Below, piece by piece: positions 1 through 8,099 of a stretch of 55,764 nucleotides of DNA. Position 1 is the stretch's first letter; each line of letters starts with the position of its first letter. Made by a program: the position numbers and the translations under genes. The notes under the pieces were generated by a model, which saw nothing but the letters and a program-made list of their open reading frames with translations, was not told where the DNA came from and searched no databases. The DNA is taken from the IMG/VR virus record IMGVR_UViG_3300033402_000018; one strand, given 5' to 3'. The stretch is from a virus.

Positions 1-29
1 GCACATTCAATGGCTGCTTTGGAGAAACG

Positions 30-233
30 ATGGACTGGAAAACCGAATGGACTCTTTTTAAGCGGGTCATGCTTTACTACATACGCTTGGGTTTGATCGC
101 CATCCCCTTCGGAATCATTTACGGCTTTGCGCACAGGGCACTTGGGCACCCCAGCAAACTTGCTTTGATCGTGTGTTTGGTTGGGGCGATCTTTTGCAAC
201 CAGTTAATTCAAGGTTTCCCGCCAAGGGAGTAA
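30..233 (+). CDS. hypothetical small membrane protein
   Basis: 67-aa ORF with two hydrophobic segments (LGLIAIPFGIIYGF; LALIVCLVGAIFC); no family motif recognised. Confidence 0.4.
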   Translation: MDWKTEWTLFKRVMLYYIRLGLIAIPFGIIYGFAHRALGHPSKLALIVCLVGAIFCNQLIQGFPPRE

Positions 234-254
234 TAGAGTGGTGGAGGCCCCACC

Positions 255-584
255 ATGGCAAAGGCACAACTGAAGCGAACACCGTACATCACCCTGATCT
301 GCGCACCCGGAATCCCAACATCTGAACTCAAGGCGCTGAAAGCACACTGGCAAGAAGCCGAGCGCGACCCCAACTACTCCGTTGTGGTAAACTATGAATG
401 TGTCGTTTCGCTGATCGAGACACCCAAGGACACCAAGTTTGTGATCGTGGCTCCCGGCGTTCCGACAAGCGAGGTCACGGCGCTGAAGAAACAGTTTCGT
501 CAGGCGAAACGTGCGAAGAAGCAAGAAGATCGCATTGTCGTTGTAAATTACGAAGTGAGGATCGACGGTATCGGCTGGTACTGA
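255..584 (+). CDS. hypothetical protein built from two tandem ~40-aa repeats
   Basis: 109-aa ORF; aa 15-51 (ICAPGIPTSELKALK..VVVNYECVV) recur at aa 63-102 (IVAPGVPTSEVTALK..VVVNYEVRI). Confidence 0.6.
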   Translation: MAKAQLKRTPYITLICAPGIPTSELKALKAHWQEAERDPNYSVVVNYECVVSLIETPKDTKFVIVAPGVPTSEVTALKKQFRQAKRAKKQEDRIVVVNYEVRIDGIGWY

Positions 585-856
585 TGAGAAAGTTTTTCAA
601 GAAAAAGAAATACTCGTGGGAAGGCGTTAAGCACGCGATCCCGATTGACCAAGACATCTGGGATCACACCCAGCAATACGTCAAGGATCAGATCGCGATC
701 ATGAAACGCCACGGTTCGGAGCCTGACCCGCCGCTGACTGAGGCGCAGTTCCAAGACCTCGTGTATGTGACGGCACGGTATCCGCAGCAAGTGAGAAATC
801 TTCGAAAGAAGTACGAGGCACCAGAAGATGCGACTTTGCGGGCCAACGCAGTATAA
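584..856 (+). CDS. hypothetical protein
   Basis: internal ATG of ORF 398..856 sitting on a TGATG junction with the upstream stop; 90 aa; no motif. Confidence 0.5.
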   Translation: MRKFFKKKKYSWEGVKHAIPIDQDIWDHTQQYVKDQIAIMKRHGSEPDPPLTEAQFQDLVYVTARYPQQVRNLRKKYEAPEDATLRANAV

Positions 857-1457
857 CCGATTGCTTTCAGCGATCAAGTATTACGAGCAGTGCGGTTTCA
901 AATACATTGATGTGCCATGGACTGTCAGTGAAGAAGCCATGAACATTACGCGTCCGGCGTGGGCTGGTACGAATACGCTTATCTACACCGCTGGCGGCAA
1001 GCAGCATTGCCCCGTTGCTTCAGCCGAGCAATCATTTCTTCAAATGCAGTTGGACGCGCTTGATGGAAGTCTTGACAACCGAATTTCTGGCAGCTTTTGC
1101 ACACTAACACCATGCTTTCGCAATGAGCCTGTCATTGACGATCTTCACCAGCCGTATTTCATGAAGGTGGAGCTTATCAGTTGGGATAAGACAACCCGCG
1201 AAGACATGGACAAAATGATCGCTGGGGCGCGGTTATTTTTCGAAGAGCATCTTTGGATTGATTGTGTCTACAATACGGAGCCTGATCCTATCGGTGTTGT
1301 TGCCTATGATTTGGTGACCACGCACACAGGGATCGAGCTAGGGAGCTATGGCATTCGTGAGCATCCGAGAGTCGGACGCTGGGTTTACGGCACCGGATTA
1401 GCCGAACCGCGTTTTAGTCTCGCGCTTGAAAAAGAGCCGCAAAGTGAGACGGTATAA
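828..1457 (+). CDS. seryl-tRNA-synthetase-like class II aaRS catalytic core, truncated (no tRNA-binding arm)
   Basis: class II motif 1 GFKYIDVPWTV, motif 2 TPCFRNEP..HQPYFMKVEL (cf. SerRS TPCFRSE..HQFxKVE), motif 3 GTGLAEPR; only 209 aa. Confidence 0.55.
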   Translation: MRLCGPTQYNRLLSAIKYYEQCGFKYIDVPWTVSEEAMNITRPAWAGTNTLIYTAGGKQHCPVASAEQSFLQMQLDALDGSLDNRISGSFCTLTPCFRNEPVIDDLHQPYFMKVELISWDKTTREDMDKMIAGARLFFEEHLWIDCVYNTEPDPIGVVAYDLVTTHTGIELGSYGIREHPRVGRWVYGTGLAEPRFSLALEKEPQSETV

Positions 1458-1479
1458 TCGACTTCTGTTTGCTTAATAT

Positions 1480-2190
1480 ATGGCTTGGTTTGACCAAATC
1501 TCGATGTCGCAAATTAGCCACAGACTGTTTGTCAGTGGTTACGCTCCTGCCGCTGAGTTGGCAAAGGAAAATCCTCATAAAATCACTGCCGTTCTCTGTG
1601 TCCATCAAGTCATGGACTACGACCAGAACCCCAACATCATCTACATGCACGTGCCATTTGACGACGGATCACCCATCCCGCCGCGTCAGTTTGTAAAGTG
1701 CCTTGGTTGGTTGAAGTTCATGTGGGAGAACGGGCACACAATTCTTGTCCATTGCGCCGCTGGCATCTCGCGATCAGTCACGATCATGGCGTCGTTCATG
1801 CACTACGAAGGCATTTGCGATTTTGAAACAGCACTTGACCGAATCCGCATGGCCCGTCCGGTCGCATCTCCTGCCGCAGCCGTATCGAACTCCGCAAAGC
1901 AGATGCTTGGCGTATATCCTTACGATGGCTCAATGGTGCCGGAGCATGAACGCACCATGCACGAACTTATCGAACGCGTGCAGAATCAACGCGCCGCACA
2001 TGCGCACCCGGATGAGAACTGCCCGATGCGCCAGTTTTTACTAGGCGATCAAGAAGACAACAGACCGCGCTACGAAATCCCATGCACCTGCGAGAAGCTG
2101 CTGAATCCAATAGAGTACGCGCAGCAGAAAGAAAAAAATATCATCGTTGTTGCTGATCCCGGCATCATACTAACAGATGACGAGGGGTGA
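1480..2190 (+). CDS. dual-specificity (Cys-based) protein phosphatase
   Basis: P-loop VHCAAGISRS = HCX5R(S/T) signature; 236 aa. Confidence 0.8.
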   Translation: MAWFDQISMSQISHRLFVSGYAPAAELAKENPHKITAVLCVHQVMDYDQNPNIIYMHVPFDDGSPIPPRQFVKCLGWLKFMWENGHTILVHCAAGISRSVTIMASFMHYEGICDFETALDRIRMARPVASPAAAVSNSAKQMLGVYPYDGSMVPEHERTMHELIERVQNQRAAHAHPDENCPMRQFLLGDQEDNRPRYEIPCTCEKLLNPIEYAQQKEKNIIVVADPGIILTDDEG

Positions 2191-2819
2191 GTATGGAGCG
2201 GGTCTTAAACGATGCCTTGGAGCTTGAAGGGATTGCCCAAGGGCACCAAGACGACATCCGTGCCTACCTCAAAATCCTGCGCAACCGGGATCAGTCAACC
2301 TACGAGCATTCCATTCGAGTAGGGATACTCGCCAGTAAGATTGCCATCTATGCCGCCAAGCCGGGGGTTAGCGCACGCATGATGCTGTGGGCTGGCTTCC
2401 TGCATGACATCGGCAAGGTGCTGGTGCCGCCCGGAGTTCTTACTAAGAAATCTCACTTTACCGCTGACGATTACGCCGCGATGGAGCCGCACGTCAAGTA
2501 CGGCTGGGACATGCTCACCGAAGTTCACGATTACACCGCACACATCCTCGTCCGGCATCACCAGTATGGCTCCAAGCCCTACCCTAAAGAACTGCCAGCG
2601 CTGCCGGAGCACCTACAGGCTCGCGCTGAAGTGGTGGACAATGCCGCACGCCTATTGGCGCTCGCGGACTACTACGATGCTCTCATGCACCGGAACAACG
2701 ACAAAAACGGTGCGAAGCCGCTATCCGGCAAAGAGAAGCGGGAAATCTACATGCGGGACAACGCCGATCAGAAAGACCTGATCGAGCTTCTTGAGTCCGT
2801 GGGTGTGCTAAAATTCTAG
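2187..2819 (+). CDS. HD-GYP-family phosphohydrolase with degenerate GYP
   Basis: HSIRVG..LHDIGKVLVP..HHQYGSKPYP..ADYYDAL follows the HD / HDxGK / HHExDGxGYP / DxxDA layout; GTGA overlap with upstream stop. Confidence 0.7.
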   Translation: MSMERVLNDALELEGIAQGHQDDIRAYLKILRNRDQSTYEHSIRVGILASKIAIYAAKPGVSARMMLWAGFLHDIGKVLVPPGVLTKKSHFTADDYAAMEPHVKYGWDMLTEVHDYTAHILVRHHQYGSKPYPKELPALPEHLQARAEVVDNAARLLALADYYDALMHRNNDKNGAKPLSGKEKREIYMRDNADQKDLIELLESVGVLKF

Positions 2820-2826
2820 TAGACTC

Positions 2827-3384
2827 ATGAAAATCAAAGACTTAAAGCTACACGCTTTCTGGAAACGGTTTTTCCGCCGCCTTAGTAGGGGATTGGGCGT
2901 GCCGAAGAAGATTGCAGCGACAGAGGTAAAAGCACCGGGAAAATACGAAGCTGGTAAGCGGTACACCATCTTTCTCGCCGGAGCCATCGACCAAGGTAAA
3001 GCGGTGGACTGGCAGCAGAAAGTCGCCCGCGCTCTGGACGAACTGGACATTCTGATCCTGAATCCGCGCAGAGAGAATTGGGACCCAAGCTGGGATCAAT
3101 CCGCAGACAATCCTGAATTCAGGCAGCAGGTAAATTGGGAACTTGACGCACAGGCGGCCGCTGATATGGTGATTTTCGTGTTCACCAAGGACAGCAAGGC
3201 ACCGATCACGTTCTTGGAATTCGGTCTGTTCGCCCCAACCAAAGACGCCGTGGTCTGCGCTGAAGAAGGCTTCTACCGCAAGGGAAATCTTGACATCGTA
3301 GCTGAGCGCTACCACATTCCAATGTATGACAATTTGGATGAGATGATCGGTGACTTGAAGACGGTGCTTGGGGAGAAAGCATGA
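2827..3384 (+). CDS. nucleoside 2-deoxyribosyltransferase-like protein
   Basis: IFLAGAID..LNPRRENW..WELDAQAAADMVIFVF..PITFLEFG pattern typical of the NDT-like family. Confidence 0.6.
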   Translation: MKIKDLKLHAFWKRFFRRLSRGLGVPKKIAATEVKAPGKYEAGKRYTIFLAGAIDQGKAVDWQQKVARALDELDILILNPRRENWDPSWDQSADNPEFRQQVNWELDAQAAADMVIFVFTKDSKAPITFLEFGLFAPTKDAVVCAEEGFYRKGNLDIVAERYHIPMYDNLDEMIGDLKTVLGEKA

Positions 3385-3716
3385 GCCAGACAGTTTACGT
3401 GCTAACGACCTTGATGGGGGAAAACCCGAAGCTGCCGAAAGAGTGGCGTCCTGTTGGCGTGGTAACAAGCCTCGACATCGCTGAGCAATGGGTCGCGCAC
3501 GGCGGGAACAACGATTGGATTCCGTTTGAGATTGACGATACCAGTTTGACCGGATTAAGCGACAACCCTTCAGTGTTTAAGCCCGCGCCGCCTACGCCGA
3601 ACGAAGAGAAGCTGGAAAAGGCCAACCAGCAATTGCAAGGCGTGATTCAGACGCTTCAGAAGCGACTCGAAAAGAAAAAGCCAAAGGCTTCCCTTTTGAA
3701 CAAGAAACGGAGATAA
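3381..3716 (+). CDS. hypothetical protein
   Basis: 111-aa ORF; ATGA overlap with upstream stop; basic C-terminal tail; no motif. Confidence 0.55.
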   Translation: MSQTVYVLTTLMGENPKLPKEWRPVGVVTSLDIAEQWVAHGGNNDWIPFEIDDTSLTGLSDNPSVFKPAPPTPNEEKLEKANQQLQGVIQTLQKRLEKKKPKASLLNKKRR

Positions 3717-3722
3717 TAGGGT

Positions 3723-4046
3723 ATGGTCACATTGACACCCGGAGCGGTAAAGAAAGTCAAGGAAATCATGGAGCAGCAAGACCCGAAGCCAGCCGCACTG
3801 CGTCTTGGCGTTATTGGCGGCGGATGCTCCGGCTTTCAGTATTCTATGCAGTTCGAGAATGAGAAGGGCATGATGGACAAGTCCTTCGAGTTCGACGGTC
3901 TTACGTTGATCGTTGACGCTACATCGTACATGTATCTCGACGGCTGCGAAGTTGATTACCTTGAGACGCTCGAAGCCAGCGGCTTCAAGTTCAACAACCC
4001 GAACGTGAAAAGCACCTGTGGGTGCGGTCAGAGCTTCAACGCATGA
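3723..4046 (+). CDS. A-type Fe-S cluster carrier (IscA/ErpA/HesB family)
   Basis: GGGCSGFQY and C-terminal CGCGQSF three-Cys signature; 107 aa. Confidence 0.9.
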   Translation: MVTLTPGAVKKVKEIMEQQDPKPAALRLGVIGGGCSGFQYSMQFENEKGMMDKSFEFDGLTLIVDATSYMYLDGCEVDYLETLEASGFKFNNPNVKSTCGCGQSFNA

Positions 4047-4219
4047 GCGAAGAGAATTTTGATTTCGCATTGGACTCATGGACTATCACGCCTGAAGAAG
4101 GCGAAAGAATTGCCCGTGATTTGCAACGACAGTATATCGAAGATCACATTAGGCAGTTCGGGGGCGTCACCCTGCTTTGCCTGCGGCCCAAGAAAGATGA
4201 AACCAATGATGGATTGTAA
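4043..4219 (+). CDS. hypothetical protein
   Basis: ATG 4043 forms ATGA overlap with the IscA-like stop; 58 aa acidic; in frame of ORF 4022..4219. Confidence 0.4.
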   Translation: MSEENFDFALDSWTITPEEGERIARDLQRQYIEDHIRQFGGVTLLCLRPKKDETNDGL

Positions 4220-4552
4220 ACCCAAGCCGAAGAGAGACGGTGGTAAGTCGGAACCGTCTTCGCGGCACGTTCCGCGACGATCCACCGAACTACGACAAGC
4301 CGATCTATGACCGTGATGGTAACCAGATCGGTGTGATTTATGATGCGCCTCCCGCGCCGGGGCCGAGCGGATTATCATGATTTGTTGCTCAATTTGTAAA
4401 GAAATGGTCGTATCTAGTGTTGAAGACCTCCGTTTGAGCGAAACGTTGGTCAGGATACAAGACCACTACAAGACGCATTCTTGGCTGCGACGTAAGCTTC
4501 ACAGGCTACAAACGTTGCCAGCGACATTGCGGCTGAAGAGATTTCAAAAAAC

Positions 4553-4969
4553 ATGTACTCTGAAAAAGTAATCGACCACTACAACAACCCGCGTAATGTT
4601 GGCTCGCTGGACAAAGCATCGCCAGACGTGGGGACAGGTCTGGTTGGTGCGCCGGAGTGCGGCGACGTAATGAAGCTTCAGATCAAGGTGGAAAACAATG
4701 TCATTGTTGACGCTAAGTTCAAAACTTTTGGCTGCGGCAGTGCTATTGCTTCTAGCTCGCTCGCGACTGAATGGGTTAAAGGCAAGACAACTGATGAAGC
4801 CCTCGCCATTAAAAACACCGAGATCGTCAAAGAACTCGCCCTCCCACCTGTAAAGATTCACTGTTCAGTGCTCGCCGAAGACGCGATTCGCGCCGCGATT
4901 GCTGACTGGAAAAAGAAGCAAGATGCCGAAAAAGCCAAAGAAGAAAAAGCCCATCACGAAGCGCGATAA
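4553..4969 (+). CDS. iscU: Fe-S cluster assembly scaffold IscU
   Basis: YSEKVIDHYNNPRNVG..GAPECGDVMKL..FKTFGCGSAIASSS..LPPVKIHCSVLAEDA; canonical Cys/Asp ligand set. Confidence 0.92.
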   Translation: MYSEKVIDHYNNPRNVGSLDKASPDVGTGLVGAPECGDVMKLQIKVENNVIVDAKFKTFGCGSAIASSSLATEWVKGKTTDEALAIKNTEIVKELALPPVKIHCSVLAEDAIRAAIADWKKKQDAEKAKEEKAHHEAR

Positions 4970-5116
4970 CTTCGACCGCAACTACATGCGCCACATTGTG
5001 GAAGAAGAGGAAGAAACGCTGTTCAAACTTCTGCAAGAAGACAAGCCCACCAAATCCTAATTTCTCCAGTATTAAAGCCTTTAGTAGGCGGTATTCCGCC
5101 TTCGAAAGGAACGACT

Positions 5117-5503
5117 ATGTACAAAAGACCCGAAAGAAAGCATAAACCGAACACAGAAAAGTGCCCGTTCTGCGACAAAGATTTCAAACCAATTGATCCG
5201 TGGCGCGAATCACAATGCGTGCTCAACAAGCCGCTCTGGATGGTGATCCCACCCGGCGGCGTCCATCTCGAATGCCCGGTTCACCCCGAGGGACATCATG
5301 TCTTCGGCAGCCCGGTCATCTACATGGATTCTCCTATCCGTGTTCGTGAGAACAACTTACCTGACCCGTTAAACGCGCCGTGGTGCGAGTACGACCGCAC
5401 GAAGTATTCAGGCGGCTGCACCTACGATCACGATTCCAGCAAGGATTTGACGTTCGATTCCACCAAACCCTTCGGAACCACGACAGGCTCGAATTGGCGG
5501 TAA
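5117..5503 (+). CDS. hypothetical protein
   Basis: 128-aa ORF, SD-like AAAGGA upstream, CPFCDK Cys pair; no family recognised. Confidence 0.55.
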   Translation: MYKRPERKHKPNTEKCPFCDKDFKPIDPWRESQCVLNKPLWMVIPPGGVHLECPVHPEGHHVFGSPVIYMDSPIRVRENNLPDPLNAPWCEYDRTKYSGGCTYDHDSSKDLTFDSTKPFGTTTGSNWR

Positions 5504-5524
5504 TCTAGGAAAATTTGGTATTAG

Positions 5525-6106
5525 GTGGGCATGAGTCAATATGATCGTGTCTACCTAGACCAATGCTACGCACTCGCCAAGAACAGCACATGTGTGAAGG
5601 CCAAAGTTGGCGCTCAAGTGCGCGGACCCTACGGCGACATGTCTGACCACCTGCTAGGTCAAGGTTTTAACCAATCCCCCAATCCTGAGTTTGCTGACTG
5701 CGGCAAGCTGTGCGCCGGGGGCATCCGCTGCGGCATTAAGTCCGGTACTCGCGCTGAACTCTGTTACGCCGTCCACGCGGAGCAATACGCACTACTTCAG
5801 GCCGGATCGCTCGCGAAAGGGGCCACGATCTATGTCGCTTCCTACGATGACAAAGGCGAGAAACGCCTGAAGAACGCTGAACTCCCGCTGGGGCACCCGA
5901 TGCACGGTTTCTACTGTTCGGTGTGTGCTAGGCTCATCTGGGCTGCGGGAATCGCACGTGTAGTGACGGACGGTGTAAAGGGCCCGGTTGTTCTCAGCCT
6001 GAATGACATCTGGAAGACCTCTTACGGCGTGGCGGACAGTATTGACAAGAAGTACAAATCCTGCGGTTGCGAAGTAGGCAATTGCATCTGTGATATTGAG
6101 ACCTAA
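5525..6106 (+). CDS. cytidine/deoxycytidylate deaminase-fold protein (divergent)
   Basis: HAEQYALLQ catalytic motif and distal YCSVCARLI CxxC pair; GTG 5525 or ATG 5531 start. Confidence 0.7.
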   Translation: MGMSQYDRVYLDQCYALAKNSTCVKAKVGAQVRGPYGDMSDHLLGQGFNQSPNPEFADCGKLCAGGIRCGIKSGTRAELCYAVHAEQYALLQAGSLAKGATIYVASYDDKGEKRLKNAELPLGHPMHGFYCSVCARLIWAAGIARVVTDGVKGPVVLSLNDIWKTSYGVADSIDKKYKSCGCEVGNCICDIET

Positions 6107-6639
6107 TGTCAAACCTCGCTGAACTCAAAGACCTGCCCAAAGAGCGGAAGAAGTATGTCGTTGGCTTCTTGATTGATCCCACGTTGTCTAAGGTGGTGCT
6201 CGTGCGTAAGAACCGACCTGACTATCAACGCGGTCTGCTCAACGGCGTGGGCGGGAAAGTCGGAGACACGATCCTAGACGAAACCACGGAAGAGGCGATG
6301 GCCCGTGAGTTCCAAGAAGAGACGGGTGGGGTTGATCTCAACTGGCGGCGGTTCTTGCACATGATGACACCCCGGTCAGACCTGACATTTTTCTACGCCA
6401 TCGGCAATGTTCACTGTGTCCGAACACAGACCGACGAAGAAGTAGCGGTGTATGACATTTCCGATGTGATGGATCGCTGCGATACGATGCCCAATGTTCG
6501 CTGGTGCATTCAGATGGCACGCTCTATTGAGTTCGGTGAGCACGCGGATTACTTTGAAGTGGCTGAGATTTTGGAGACAGACTTACCAGCGAATTTTCAT
6601 TTCATCCCGGATGCAGCGCTTGAAAAAGAAGACCTATGA
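6106..6639 (+). CDS. Nudix hydrolase
   Basis: Nudix box GDTILDETTEEAMAREFQEETGG fits GX5EX7REUXEEXGU. Confidence 0.85.
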   Translation: MSNLAELKDLPKERKKYVVGFLIDPTLSKVVLVRKNRPDYQRGLLNGVGGKVGDTILDETTEEAMAREFQEETGGVDLNWRRFLHMMTPRSDLTFFYAIGNVHCVRTQTDEEVAVYDISDVMDRCDTMPNVRWCIQMARSIEFGEHADYFEVAEILETDLPANFHFIPDAALEKEDL

Positions 6640-7574
6640 ACATTGAATCGAAACTGATACTTGCCAGCAAGAGCGAAGCAACAGGCATCACCCTTTACAC
6701 GTTTGTGCTCACGTACCCACGTGTCATCCTAGCTGAAGTAAACACGCATCGAATGCTCAGCCGCAACACCGCGTCATCTCGCGCTATTCCAGCCAAGAAA
6801 CAGCGGGAACGCGTGCTTACTGATCCGTTCGTGCCTGTCACAATTGGGGCGAATCAGAAAGGGATGCAGGCTGGTGAAGAGCTTGACGGCTGGCGTCGGT
6901 TTGTTGCGATCAACACGTGGAAACTTGCACGCTACCCAATGGTAGCGGCGTCGTGGGTACTCGACAAGGTTGGTGCGCACAAGCAAGTTGTGAACCGCAT
7001 TGTGGAGCCGTGGACGTTCACGCAGCAAGTTGTGACTTGCACCGACCTGAAGAATGTCTTCAAACTGCGCAACCACAAAGATGCAGAGCCACACTTTCAA
7101 ATCATCGCGAAACAGATGCAGATGCAAGCAGAGTGGGCCGAGAAATGGTTTAACACCCTTTCGTGGAACTCGGAGAACGCGCTTGACCGTAGATTAGAAA
7201 TCAACAACCAACTTGGTGTTGGTACTCTTCAGGTGCTAAAGCCGGGGGAGTGGCACATGCCGTTTGTTGATGAGAAGGACATCACAGACACAATCCTGAA
7301 CTCCATGCTGCATGACAGCACTGACGAATCCCTGAAGAAAATCAGCACAGCACGCTGCGCACGTGTCAGCTACTTTCTACCGGAGAGCGGCAAAAGGTCT
7401 GACCCTAAGCGTGACGTAGAGCTTTGCAATAAACTGTCCGGCTCCGGTCATTGGAGTCCGTTCGAGCACGTAGCCACGCCGACAAAAGAAGCGGATTACA
7501 TTGGCAATTTTAAGGGCTGGAAGCAGTATCGTAAAGAGTATCCGCAAGAGTCTGGAGGGGACCGTGGGAATTGA
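6636..7574 (+). CDS. thyX: flavin-dependent thymidylate synthase ThyX
   Basis: ThyX motif NTHRMLSRNTASSRA (RHRxxSxxxxSxR); 312 aa; ATGA overlap with Nudix stop. Confidence 0.92.
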   Translation: MNIESKLILASKSEATGITLYTFVLTYPRVILAEVNTHRMLSRNTASSRAIPAKKQRERVLTDPFVPVTIGANQKGMQAGEELDGWRRFVAINTWKLARYPMVAASWVLDKVGAHKQVVNRIVEPWTFTQQVVTCTDLKNVFKLRNHKDAEPHFQIIAKQMQMQAEWAEKWFNTLSWNSENALDRRLEINNQLGVGTLQVLKPGEWHMPFVDEKDITDTILNSMLHDSTDESLKKISTARCARVSYFLPESGKRSDPKRDVELCNKLSGSGHWSPFEHVATPTKEADYIGNFKGWKQYRKEYPQESGGDRGN

Positions 7575-7608
7575 AGGCTGGGGCAGATCATTTGGGGCGA
7601 TTCAAGCG

Positions 7609-8094
7609 ATGGAGAAACGCCTTGCGAAGCAGCGCGAGTGGGACATCTACTACCTGAACATGGCCCGTTACGTCTCCACGAAGTCGAAGGACCCAAGCAC
7701 GCAAACCGGAGCGTGCATCGTGCGCCCGGACAACTCTTTGTGTTCCATTGGCTTCAACGGCTTCCCCAAAGGCATGAATGACGCCCCGGAGCTTTACGCC
7801 AACCGTGATGTAAAGTATTCTCGCACAGTGCATTGCGAAGTCAATGCCGAAATCTTCACCAGAGAAGACCTGAAGGGGTTTACGCTTTACACGTGGCCTT
7901 TCTCATCTTGCGACCGTTGCGCGGTGACGATGATTCAGGCGGGAATTGCACGTTTTGTGTTTCCAACCATGCCGCCAGAGAAGGCGTCCCGTTGGGCTGA
8001 AAACATGGCGATAGCGCAAGGCTACATGCGGGAAGCTGGGCGGGAAGTGGTTGAGATACCGTATGAACAGATTCCCAAGGTTGTGCTAGAATAA
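7609..8094 (+). CDS. dCMP deaminase
   Basis: YYLNMA..SKDPSTQTGACIV..VHCEVNAE..SCDRCAVTMIQAGI (HxE + CxxC); start ambiguous (7501, GTG 7564 or ATG 7609). Confidence 0.85.
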   Translation: MEKRLAKQREWDIYYLNMARYVSTKSKDPSTQTGACIVRPDNSLCSIGFNGFPKGMNDAPELYANRDVKYSRTVHCEVNAEIFTREDLKGFTLYTWPFSSCDRCAVTMIQAGIARFVFPTMPPEKASRWAENMAIAQGYMREAGREVVEIPYEQIPKVVLE

Positions 8095-8099
8095 ACGAT

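Noticed and set aside
4059-4571. Track ORFs 4059-4310 (+), 4076-4378 (-) and 4377-4571 (+)
   Set aside because: They overlap one another, have odd composition and no motifs. The region is recorded as an unresolved finding instead of as features.
4923-5060. 45-aa ORF (MPKKPKKKKPITKRDNFDRNYMRHIVEEEEETLFKLLQEDKPTKS) overlapping the iscU 3' end
   Set aside because: It is plausible-looking, but it overlaps iscU by 47 nt in another frame and nothing supports it beyond being open. Not reported as a feature.
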